A stretch of 32,000 nt of DNA, taken from Patescibacteria group bacterium. GTDB taxonomy: Bacteria; Patescibacteriota; UBA1384; XYA2-FULL-43-10. Below the pieces are notes generated by a model. It ran no database searches and was not told the DNA's origin. It was given only the letters and a program-made list of their open reading frames with translations. How positions within the stretch are numbered: the stretch's first letter is position 1; each line of letters opens with the position of its first letter. The translations under genes were made by a program, and so were the position numbers. Shown one piece after another: positions 24,901 through 32,000 of this stretch. The stretch is taken from assembly GCA_041674405.1 (NCBI GenBank), contig JBAYVT010000002.1:90001-122000 (forward strand), written 5' to 3'.

Positions 24901-26403
24901 TTATTTTGACACACGCCTTTCGGTGATAAACCACTGCGTAATATTTGCAAACATGTCTTGTGGTTTATTTGCCCTGATGTTCCCTATTCCATGTATATTC
25001 GATTTTACTGAAAAATTGTACTTTGAATATGGAAAAAATACAATCAGATTCTGGTTTTTAACCGATTCAAAAAACTGATCATATTTAGCATTTCGGGCAA
25101 CAGAATCCGAAATCATCCGCGCATCTTCCAAAAGAATATCCGAACTCTTATCTTTATAACCCGCCAAATTCATCGCATCCGATTGGCTTCCATGCCAGAA
25201 AACATATGGATCCCTATCATAACCATAGTCAAATCCATACAATATTAGATCATAATTTCGTTCCAAAATTGCATTTGGATAATCCACCGACTTAACAAAA
25301 TTTGCTTCAATTTCAATATTTGCCGCATTGGCTTTTTGGATTAACTCATCAGCTTTGTCTCTTTGGGCTTTAGCATCCAGCGCCAAGAGTCTCACCTTGA
25401 TCTTATCTCCGGGCAAAAATTGCATTATGCGTGATCGAATATCGACATTCGCCATATTTGGTTGGCGCAAGTTTGCAATTAAAGCAAGCTGCCTCTCTGT
25501 TTCAAAATCTTTATTTTGAAAATCGTCATTTGGATTTGGAAGTCCCGCAGTGGCTTGATAATTATTGATTAATGAGGTCGCAAGTGAAATCTGGGCGTCC
25601 GGAAAGGCATCAAAAGAAATATCTTTTATATACGGCGAACCATTAAAATAATTTCGATTGGCAGAAAGGGTTACTTTTTTTCCGCCTCCATTTTGGATAC
25701 TCAGCGTCTTTATAAATTTATATGGGCCAGTCCCGTTGAAATTATCAACCAGGGATGAATTTACATCGTCCTGTGAAATTATCCCCTGAATACATTGGTA
25801 GATAAATGGGCCATATGGTCGAGGCAAAGTAAATGTAACAACACTCGGGTCGGGTGATGTCACATCCACATCTTTCCACTCATCGAGGTAAGCACTTTTT
25901 ATATTAGGATCTTGAATTAAATTAATGGTTGAAATTACATCTGCCGCACTAAAATTTTGTCCGTTATGAAAAGCAATCCCGTTTTGCAATTGAAAAGTAT
26001 AAACAAGTCCATCGTTTGAAATCTCCCAACTTTTTGCCAAATCAGGTATTACATTTCCATCTTCGCCTATCTTCACTAAACCATCATAAATTAGTCCGGA
26101 AATTGATTTTTCTGCATCAGATTTAGCAAGCACAGGATTCAAATATTTAACGTCACCCAATACTTCTTCGTTATACGATCCGCCAAATGCAGGAATTGGT
26201 TCAGTATTTGAGATAAATAACTGATTGCCCTTGATTACAATGAGTATGATAGCCAAAACTGAAAACACGATCGAAATAATTCTTTCGCTTGGAGACATCA
26301 AACTTGCACTTTTTGCAATCCTTTTAGAAAAGGCAGCAATTAAAGCGAATAAAGATTTCAAAACCCGCCCTCTCGATATCCCCTTTGATTGTGAGAAATT
26401 CAT
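24901..26403 (-). CDS. Membrane-anchored ABC substrate-binding protein, family 5 (peptide/nickel type), orphan
   Basis: 500 aa. N-terminal TM anchor, then an SBP_bac_5-like body (LAKSWEISNDGLVYTFQLQNGIAFHNG..., GTGPYKF). No cognate permease is present in the window. Confidence 0.8.
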   Translation of the reverse strand: MNFSQSKGISRGRVLKSLFALIAAFSKRIAKSASLMSPSERIISIVFSVLAIILIVIKGNQLFISNTEPIPAFGGSYNEEVLGDVKYLNPVLAKSDAEKSISGLIYDGLVKIGEDGNVIPDLAKSWEISNDGLVYTFQLQNGIAFHNGQNFSAADVISTINLIQDPNIKSAYLDEWKDVDVTSPDPSVVTFTLPRPYGPFIYQCIQGIISQDDVNSSLVDNFNGTGPYKFIKTLSIQNGGGKKVTLSANRNYFNGSPYIKDISFDAFPDAQISLATSLINNYQATAGLPNPNDDFQNKDFETERQLALIANLRQPNMANVDIRSRIMQFLPGDKIKVRLLALDAKAQRDKADELIQKANAANIEIEANFVKSVDYPNAILERNYDLILYGFDYGYDRDPYVFWHGSQSDAMNLAGYKDKSSDILLEDARMISDSVARNAKYDQFFESVKNQNLIVFFPYSKYNFSVKSNIHGIGNIRANKPQDMFANITQWFITERRVSK

Positions 26404-26422
26404 GAGTTTCCTTATCTCTCAA

Positions 26423-26641
26423 TCATCCGAGAAATACCGTGAGAAGCGCCGAGACGCAAAATAAGACTGCAAGCACTATTGTGGCATAAAATAAAGTTTT
26501 TTCGATTCCCCTTCTGGATCGATATACATTGCCCTCACCGCCAAAGACCATACCAAGACCAGAGCCCCGTTGCTGCAAAAGAATGGCGATCGTGAGCAAA
26601 ACTGCGAAGATGATCTGTAAAATTTTAAGGGTAAAAATCAT
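26423..26641 (-). CDS. secG: Preprotein translocase subunit SecG
   Basis: Only the last 72 codons of track ORF 26423..26941 are real. The ATG at 26641 is preceded by GAGGAAA. MIFTLKILQIIFAVLLTIAILLQQRGSGLGMVFGG... is the SecG signature. Confidence 0.85.
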   Translation of the reverse strand: MIFTLKILQIIFAVLLTIAILLQQRGSGLGMVFGGEGNVYRSRRGIEKTLFYATIVLAVLFCVSALLTVFLG

Positions 26642-26727
26642 AATTTCCTCAGTAAATAATGGTCTGCCACGCGTAATGATGTTTCGATTGCGAACCCGTA
26701 GGTTTCGAATCGAACCAGAATGAAGTG

Positions 26728-26802
<75 letters not shown>

Positions 26803-26803
26803 A

Positions 26804-26877
26804 TGGAGGCCTGGACCGGAATTGAACCGGTGTACGCGGTTTTGCAGACCGCTGCGTAACCACTCCGCCACCAGGCC
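26804..26877 (-). tRNA. tRNA-Cys (anticodon GCA), CCA encoded
   Basis: Reverse complement: GGCCTGG-TG-GCGGAGTGGTTACGC-A-GCGGT-CTGCAAA-ACCGC-GTAC-ACCGGTTCAATTCCGGT-CCAGGCC-TCCA. Confidence 0.9.
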
Positions 26878-26902
26878 GAGACAAAACGCGCGTATTATGG
26901 CT

Positions 26903-26977
26903 TGGAGCGGGTAGCGGGAGTCGAACCCGCATCTTATCCATGGCAAGGATACATAATAGCCGCTATACGATACCCGC
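26903..26977 (-). tRNA. tRNA-Gly (anticodon GCC), CCA encoded
   Basis: Reverse complement: GCGGGTA-TC-GTATAGCGGCTATTATG-TATCC-TTGCCAT-GGATA-AGAT-GCGGGTTCGACTCCCGC-TACCCGC-TCCA. Confidence 0.9.
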
Positions 26978-27122
26978 AAAACCACCAAAAAATAATGTTT
27001 GCCAAAATACTACAAGCAAAATAATAGCAAAGAATCAATCTTGTGTAAAGCTATATTATGCGGTATAACTATTATAGTTTATATCTTTCAGTATTTAATT
27101 CGTTCGAAAGATTGATAAAATT

Positions 27123-27470
27123 ATGGGTAAAAAAAAGAATAAAAAACTGAAGAAAAAACAACATGGAAATACTGCGCCACAAATCATCACGCATCCTTCT
27201 ACTACCCCTCTTGCTCCTACAACAGAAATTGACGTAACCCCCGAAATAGAAGAAAAAGTTGAAAAAGAGGAAGTAAAAGAAGAGAAGAAAAATGACGGCT
27301 ACGATGACCCTGCTTACAAAGATGAGAAAAAAATCGTAGTGAAAATTTTGCTCACAATCCTTTTGATGGTTGTAATCCTCATTGTCGCATACTATGTAAA
27401 CCAAAAAACCACAATCTTGAGTTCATTTGGTGATTGGGTTTATAAGCTTCTCAATATTCAAACCCAATAG
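27123..27470 (+). CDS. Hypothetical protein with Lys/Glu-rich N-terminal region and one C-proximal TM segment
   Basis: 115-aa ORF, one of only two credible plus-strand genes. It is followed 18 nt later by a strong hairpin terminator. Candidate promoter TTGTGT-N17-TATAAC near 27040-27068. Confidence 0.6.
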   Translation: MGKKKNKKLKKKQHGNTAPQIITHPSTTPLAPTTEIDVTPEIEEKVEKEEVKEEKKNDGYDDPAYKDEKKIVVKILLTILLMVVILIVAYYVNQKTTILSSFGDWVYKLLNIQTQ

Positions 27471-27487
27471 ATAGATCGTTGCAAATT

Positions 27488-27511
27488 AAAAATCCGCTAT
27501 AGCGGATTTTT
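27488..27511. terminator. Bidirectional intrinsic terminator shared by the convergent genes 27123..27470 (+) and the kinase operon (-)
   Basis: aaaaatccgc-tata-gcggattttt. An A-run and a T-run flank the stem on both strands. Confidence 0.75.
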
Positions 27512-27528
27512 AATTTGCCTGTCTTTAT

Positions 27529-27687
27529 TTAATCGGTCTGTTTTTGTAAACCAAATAAGATCAGGTAAAACGTAACCAATAGTGTCACAACAATTGCAGG
27601 AAAAATTGAAATCTTAGTCGTCAAGATGAAAAATGCTGCTGCAATCCAAGTGATTACGATAATCAGAGTTACCCAAATACTTTTCAT
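27529..27687 (-). CDS. Untracked 52-aa two-TM mini-protein, downstream partner of the UbiB-like kinase
   Basis: My translation: MKSIWVTLIIVITWIAAAFFILTTKISIFPAIVVTLLVTFYLILFGLQKQTD. SD AAGGAGA precedes the ATG. It starts 19 nt after the kinase stop. Confidence 0.6.
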   Translation of the reverse strand: MKSIWVTLIIVITWIAAAFFILTTKISIFPAIVVTLLVTFYLILFGLQKQTD

Positions 27688-27706
27688 ATATCTCCTTCTT
27701 AAATAT

Positions 27707-29242
27707 TTATAGCATCTGCCTAAATCTTAGCACAGAAGGCTTAATTTTTTTGTATAAAGACGGACGATTATCTATCAGATCTTCAAACCATTCGGAGATA
27801 TATGCTTTAGCATTATATCTTGCATCCTCATTCCAAGGATCTGAGAGTTTTTCATTTTCAATCTCATAATGAGAGAGTCGCTCTTGCATTTCATTCACCA
27901 CTTCCGGATATTCCCTAGCAAATTTTACTAGCGCATGTTTCATTTTAAAGGTGGGAGCAATCTGCATAGCCATCATATCCCCGATAACTAGAGTCCGAAT
28001 AAACATAATTAAATCTCTTTGAAAATGGACGCAATATTGCTCGGCTAATTTCATCCCCTTTATAAAAGCAACCGCCGTGCTCCTATCGTAAATCGGAGTT
28101 GATGGGTCGCCTGTTGCATCGTCCCAGTTATCCATAACTGACTTGAGCGGATGTTCAAATGAAGTTGATAATTCGGAGATAATCTGTAAAAACTGATCTG
28201 GTACTTGAATTTTATCTTGCGATAAAAATCTCACCCTTTCTTCAATCGGGCGGCTGCCAAGACGAATGAAAGCTGCGGCGGCCTTCTCTGCGTCAACATC
28301 TAAAACAATGTGGCGAATAAAGTTCCAAAAAAGTGAACGGCTAAATTTTGTAACATGACCAACTATGCCAAAATCTACTAGCGCAATTTTGCCATCATTG
28401 GTAATGATAATATTCCCTGGATGAGGATCACTATGATAGGTTCCAACCATAAAATATTGCCTACCAAGCTCAGAAATTATATCATCAGCAATTCTATCAA
28501 GATCAAAATCGATATCTCTAAATTGTTCATTTGTTACATTGCTATTTTTGGCACGCATGATATCCGTCAGTTTCGTGCCATGAATGAAATCCTGGGTCAA
28601 GATTTTGGCTGTTGTAAATTCTGAATAACACTCCGGCACAACAAAACGATTCGTTTTTGGCAAATTCTTCCGGATGATTTCCGCATTGTCTTTCTCGAGA
28701 CGGAAATCCAATTCTCGCAGCGTCGACTCTTCAAGCTCAAACAGAATATCTCGAACGCTCAATGTTTTCATCCTGAACATCAAATTCAAGAAAGGAGAAA
28801 TCGTTCTTAAAAACCTAAAATCTTTCTTTACTTTATATTCAAGATTCGGTCTCTGGACCTTGACTGCAACTTCCTTACCATTTGGAAGTATCGCCCGATG
28901 AACTTGGGCAAAAGAGGCTGAAGCTATTGGTGCATCTTCAAAAATCGTAAACATTTCATGCGGTGATTTTCCAAATTCTTTCGAAATAATCTCCTGAACT
29001 TCGGCATACCCCATCGGCGGCACATTATCGAAAAGCTCAGAGAGTTCCCAGCAATACTCTGGTGGCAAAATCTCATATCTCAAAGCTAAAATCTGGCCCA
29101 TTTTGATGAGCGCTCCGCCTGCTTCTTCCAGATACATTCGTGCAATCTTGGGATATGAATGCGGGTACAAACCAAGAGATCGGAAAAAGGAGAAAAATCC
29201 GTATTTAATTGTGAGACCAGTTAATTGAAGAGATCTAGGCAT
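27707..29242 (-). CDS. ABC1/UbiB-family atypical protein kinase (AarF domain), no C-terminal TM helices
   Basis: 511 aa. Motifs GGALIKMGQILALRYEILPPEY, PIASASFAQVHRAILPNGKEVAVKVQRP, HSDPHPGNIII and ALVDFGIVG. Confidence 0.9.
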   Translation of the reverse strand: MPRSLQLTGLTIKYGFFSFFRSLGLYPHSYPKIARMYLEEAGGALIKMGQILALRYEILPPEYCWELSELFDNVPPMGYAEVQEIISKEFGKSPHEMFTIFEDAPIASASFAQVHRAILPNGKEVAVKVQRPNLEYKVKKDFRFLRTISPFLNLMFRMKTLSVRDILFELEESTLRELDFRLEKDNAEIIRKNLPKTNRFVVPECYSEFTTAKILTQDFIHGTKLTDIMRAKNSNVTNEQFRDIDFDLDRIADDIISELGRQYFMVGTYHSDPHPGNIIITNDGKIALVDFGIVGHVTKFSRSLFWNFIRHIVLDVDAEKAAAAFIRLGSRPIEERVRFLSQDKIQVPDQFLQIISELSTSFEHPLKSVMDNWDDATGDPSTPIYDRSTAVAFIKGMKLAEQYCVHFQRDLIMFIRTLVIGDMMAMQIAPTFKMKHALVKFAREYPEVVNEMQERLSHYEIENEKLSDPWNEDARYNAKAYISEWFEDLIDNRPSLYKKIKPSVLRFRQML

Positions 29243-29248
29243 AAGACC

Positions 29249-29407
29249 TTACTTTGTTCGCATCTGAAACCCGATATAAAAAATTATAACGGTAGAAACC
29301 ATCGCCATATAAAAGAGCGATTGCGCAATTTCAAATGCATAATTAGCGATTATTACCATGATAATCCACAACACTGCGATGATGATTGTAATTAACGGAT
29401 AACGCAT
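29249..29407 (-). CDS. Untracked 52-aa two-TM mini-protein, upstream partner of the UbiB-like kinase
   Basis: My translation: MRYPLITIIIAVLWIIMVIIANYAFEIAQSLFYMAMVSTVIIFYIGFQMRTK. SD GAGGTGGG precedes the ATG. Its stop lies 6 nt before the kinase ATG. Confidence 0.6.
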   Translation of the reverse strand: MRYPLITIIIAVLWIIMVIIANYAFEIAQSLFYMAMVSTVIIFYIGFQMRTK

Positions 29408-29445
29408 AATTCCCACCTCTTGTAATTTATTTATTAAAACGTTTT

Positions 29446-29474
29446 ATAATACTACTAAATAGATATTTTGTCAA
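29446..29474 (-). promoter_or_regulatory. Sigma70-type promoter TTGACA-N17-TATTAT for the mini-protein/kinase operon
   Basis: Minus strand reads ttgaca-aaatatctatttagtag-tattat (-35 at 29474..29469, -10 at 29451..29446). It lies about 40 nt upstream of the ATG at 29407. Confidence 0.55.
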
Positions 29475-29486
29475 TATTTTTGCTGT

Positions 29487-31037
29487 TTAATAGGCCTTTT
29501 CTTTGGGTCTGTATTGAAGTGCTTCAGCAATGTGAGCAGAACTTATAATGTCGGATTCATTAAGATCAGCAATCGTACGGGCAATTTTTAAAATTCTATG
29601 ATACGAGCGCGCAGATAGCTTCATTCCTTCAACTGCACTAGCAATTAATTTTTCAGCTTCTTTTTCCAATATACAATATTCTTTGATATCTTTCGAGGTC
29701 ATTTCGGCATTCGATTTTAATTTACCATTGTCGCGAAATCGTCCATTTTGTTTCTCTCGTGCCTTGTTCACCCTCTTGCGAACCACAGATGATTCCTCCG
29801 CAACTTTATCCGTGGCAAGTTTTTCGTATTTCACCCGCGGGACTTCAATATGGATATCGATGCGGTCAAGCAAAGGACCAGAAACCTTTTTCTGGTAGCG
29901 GATTATCTGGGTCGGCGTGCAAACACAGCGTTTATCTGGGTCGGAAAGATATCCGCACGGACACGGATTCTGGGCGGCAACAAGTAAAAACTCTGCTGGG
30001 AAAGTCAATGATCCGGACGCACGAGATACTGTGACAATTCCATCTTCGAGCGGCTGGCGCAGGGCTTCAAGAACGTTTCTGGGAAATTCGGGGAATTCAT
30101 CCAAAAACAAAACTCCGCGATGGGAAAGAGATATCTCACCTGGTTTTGGCCACTGACCTCCACCAACCATAGCAACTCCTGATGTTGTATGGTGTGGCGC
30201 TCGAAACGGACGTTTTGTTATCAATGTTTTTGCTCCACTAGTCATGCCGGAAACTGAATAGATTTTTGTTACTTCTAGCATCTCCTCGTTTGCCATATCT
30301 GGCAAAATACTCGGGAGCGATCTTGCAAGTAATGTTTTACCCGATCCGGGAGGACCGGATAAGAGAATATTGTGATTGCCCGAAGCGGCAATCTCCATCG
30401 CCCTTTTCGCTTGTTCTTGTCCGGCGATATAAGCAAAATCCAATTCATATTTGATAGTTTTTTCTTCAGTAGGCGCTGATCTTTGATATCTATTGATTAT
30501 TTCTTCACTCCGAAGATGTTTAATCAATTTCGCTAAGCTTTCTACAGGAATAATCTCAATTCCTTGAACAAGGGCCGCTTCCTCCGCATTTACTTCGGGG
30601 ACATAAATTCGATCAAATCCAGACTCTTTGGCATACATTGCTATCGGGAGAATCCCATTTACATGCCGAAGCCTACCGTCTAGTGCTAACTCTCCGACAA
30701 ACAGCGCTTGGTTGTATTCGGGAACGTGTTGCAGCTGCTCTGATGCCAAAAGAATCCCTACCGCCATTGGCAGGTCAAAGCTCGGACCCTCTTTTTTCAT
30801 GTCGGCAGGCGCCAGATTTACCGTCAGACGATGTTGGGGGAAGGGTAAGTGGCAATTTTTGATCGCCGAGCGAATCCGCTCCTTGCTTTCATCGATGGCC
30901 TTATCCGGAAGTCCCACAATAGTAAAAGAGGGCAGTCCTGCTCCGATGTCGACTTCCACCTCGATCGGATAGCATTCCAAACCCATCGTCGTTGCCGATA
31001 GAACACGCGCAACTTTATTCAAATCCCCTCCCTGCAT
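29487..31037 (-). CDS. comM: Mg-chelatase-like AAA+ protein ComM/YifB
   Basis: 516 aa. N-terminal Lon-protease-like ChlI domain, Walker A GPPGSGKTLLA, Walker B GVLFLDEFPEF, and a C-terminal Mg_chelatase_C-like region. Confidence 0.9.
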   Translation of the reverse strand: MQGGDLNKVARVLSATTMGLECYPIEVEVDIGAGLPSFTIVGLPDKAIDESKERIRSAIKNCHLPFPQHRLTVNLAPADMKKEGPSFDLPMAVGILLASEQLQHVPEYNQALFVGELALDGRLRHVNGILPIAMYAKESGFDRIYVPEVNAEEAALVQGIEIIPVESLAKLIKHLRSEEIINRYQRSAPTEEKTIKYELDFAYIAGQEQAKRAMEIAASGNHNILLSGPPGSGKTLLARSLPSILPDMANEEMLEVTKIYSVSGMTSGAKTLITKRPFRAPHHTTSGVAMVGGGQWPKPGEISLSHRGVLFLDEFPEFPRNVLEALRQPLEDGIVTVSRASGSLTFPAEFLLVAAQNPCPCGYLSDPDKRCVCTPTQIIRYQKKVSGPLLDRIDIHIEVPRVKYEKLATDKVAEESSVVRKRVNKAREKQNGRFRDNGKLKSNAEMTSKDIKEYCILEKEAEKLIASAVEGMKLSARSYHRILKIARTIADLNESDIISSAHIAEALQYRPKEKAY

Positions 31038-31133
31038 TTCAGTTCTTAGCCTCTTAGTCCCAAAAGGCCCCTTTGAGTTATTAGTTTTAACTAACTTAAT
31101 TGTAGAGTAAAATATCGTCTTTTAAAACCACTT

Positions 31134-31160
31134 GACCCGCCCCGAGCTTCGGGGCGGGTC
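31134..31160 (-). terminator. GC-rich hairpin (12-bp stem) 20 nt downstream of the 44-codon island C ORF
   Basis: gacccgccccga-gct-tcggggcgggtc. The minus strand continues AAGTGGTTTTAAAAG. Confidence 0.5.
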
Positions 31161-31180
31161 TCCAGATCTTCTTCCGACCG

Positions 31181-31315
31181 CTAGATGCGGCTCTCTGCCG
31201 TGTCGCAAGCGTCGCGGTACTCCTGGCAGGTGTACCCCGGATGACGCTCGCCGCACTCGCCGCAGACCTGTCCCTCTTCGGCTGCTTCTCTCTCTTTCTC
31301 CGCAAGTTCGCTCAT
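31181..31315 (-). CDS. Untracked 44-aa four-Cys mini-protein (CxxC-x8-C-x6-C) in GC-rich micro-island C
   Basis: My translation: MSELAEKEREAAEEGQVCGECGERHPGYTCQEYRDACDTAESRI. AGGAGG lies 5 nt before the ATG. Third codon positions are mostly G/C. The two track ORFs covering this DNA are Arg/Ala-rich off-frames. Confidence 0.5.
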   Translation of the reverse strand: MSELAEKEREAAEEGQVCGECGERHPGYTCQEYRDACDTAESRI

Positions 31316-31344
31316 CTTGACCTCCTGTGTAATGGCTGCAGGAT

Positions 31345-31572
31345 TCATCCGTGTGCGACTACCGGCTCAAAGGCCAGCATTACTTGAGAAAACGGCGACC
31401 TGGGTTGTTTGGTCGCCTTGTTGGAATCGAGGGCCCTGCGACTGCGTTTGCAGAGCCAGCATCGGTCAGAAAACCCATGATCACTCATGAATCCTCCCCG
31501 ACCATCGCAAACCGGGCACATATAGCAATCACCAGCCCTTTCACATCGGGGATAATACCAAAATTTAAGCAT
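31345..31572 (-). CDS. Small zinc-finger-like protein (CxxCxGxG + CxxC) in island C; the true start may be the ATG at 31521 (58 aa)
   Basis: Track ORF of 75 aa, containing CYMCPVCDGRGG...CWLCKRS. A candidate promoter TTGTCT-N17-TATTAT overlaps the first codons, and no SD precedes 31572. This favours the internal ATG at 31521, preceded by GGTGAT. Confidence 0.45.
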   Translation of the reverse strand: MLKFWYYPRCERAGDCYMCPVCDGRGGFMSDHGFSDRCWLCKRSRRALDSNKATKQPRSPFSQVMLAFEPVVAHG

Positions 31573-31581
31573 TTAGACAAT

Positions 31582-31610
31582 TGAAAAAGGCCCTCTTAAG
31601 GCCTTTTTCA
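31582..31610. terminator. Bidirectional terminator hairpin after the 31629.. gene
   Basis: tgaaaaaggcc-ctcttaa-ggcctttttca. Confidence 0.7.
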
Positions 31611-31628
31611 ATTTATTAGACTTACTAT

Positions 31629-32000
31629 TTAGTTCGTGAACTGGAATGAACTTACCATATTATCGATGGCAGTATCATGAACACCATGGGAATCATCATT
31701 TTTCCAAACTATTTGATATCCCCGGCCACCATGATTCAAATATATAGATGTAGAATATGTCCCGTCCAGAAGAGAAGGTTCGTTCTCTGTAACCTTCCAG
31801 CCTGTTGCCCCAGCTAGAGTTATGTCGGATACCGTCTGTTCCTGGCCAGCAGATGTTATTTGGCTTAAGCCAAATTCCTCATCAACCACAGATATCATAA
31901 AATAAGGGATAGGCATCTCAGAATTCGCCCTATATGTGTTATCTGCCACCCTGTCCTTATTTACAATCACATAAATATCTTTTTTGACTTGCTGCCCAGA
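31629..32000 (-). CDS. Hypothetical protein, C-terminal part (the frame stays open to the window edge)
   Basis: Track ORF 31629..31970 starts at a GTG. The 30 nt upstream to position 32000 are in frame without a stop (SGQQVKKDIY...), so the real start is probably off-window. Confidence 0.55.
   Translation of the reverse strand, partial: SGQQVKKDIYVIVNKDRVADNTYRANSEMPIPYFMISVVDEEFGLSQITSAGQEQTVSDITLAGATGWKVTENEPSLLDGTYSTSIYLNHGGRGYQIVWKNDDSHGVHDTAIDNMVSSFQFTN

Noticed and set aside
31096-31320. Track ORFs 31096..31305 (-) and 31132..31320 (+) in island C
   Set aside because: Both give Arg/Ala/Pro-rich, low-complexity translations, typical of wrong frames in GC-rich DNA, and neither has an SD. 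The third minus frame holds a 44-codon ORF with AGGAGG, in-phase G/C third codon positions and a downstream hairpin.

Overview
AT-rich bacterial chromosome segment. Hand counts give about 38% G+C in sampled native stretches. Almost every gene lies on the minus strand, in compact and often overlapping housekeeping operons read with the standard code. The gene content is consistent with a reduced-genome, Patescibacteria/CPR-like organism, but this placement is inference only.

Genes in window order: secA (5' part), hpf, serS, a small Cys protein, lysS with an extra C-terminal domain, greA, mrdA-mreD-mreC-mreB, mltG-ruvX, a 603-aa bitopic protein plus an ftsA-like gene, alaS (short form), an SLT transglycosylase, a DHH/DHHA1 phosphoesterase, an MBL-fold-like protein, rpsA, a SET-domain protein, an ABC-2 exporter, a family-5 solute-binding protein, secG, an ABC1/UbiB-family kinase, comM/yifB, and seven tRNA genes (Leu x3, Val, Phe, Cys, Gly). 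No CRISPR array, transposase or integrase was seen.

Most notable observations:
1. Three short, sharply GC-rich micro-islands (59-63% G+C by hand count) sit in intergenic gaps. Each carries small ORFs with G/C-rich third codon positions, its own Shine-Dalgarno (SD) sequence and a GC-rich terminal hairpin. One ORF is below the ORF-track cutoff.
2. The UbiB-like kinase forms a self-contained operon flanked by two untracked 52-codon two-TM mini-proteins.
3. LysRS is fused to a DUF2000/PTH2-like domain.
4. An exact 21-nt duplicate of a tRNA-Leu 3' end lies 125 bp from the intact gene.
5. alaS contains a GC-rich in-frame insertion with a perfect 24-nt palindrome.
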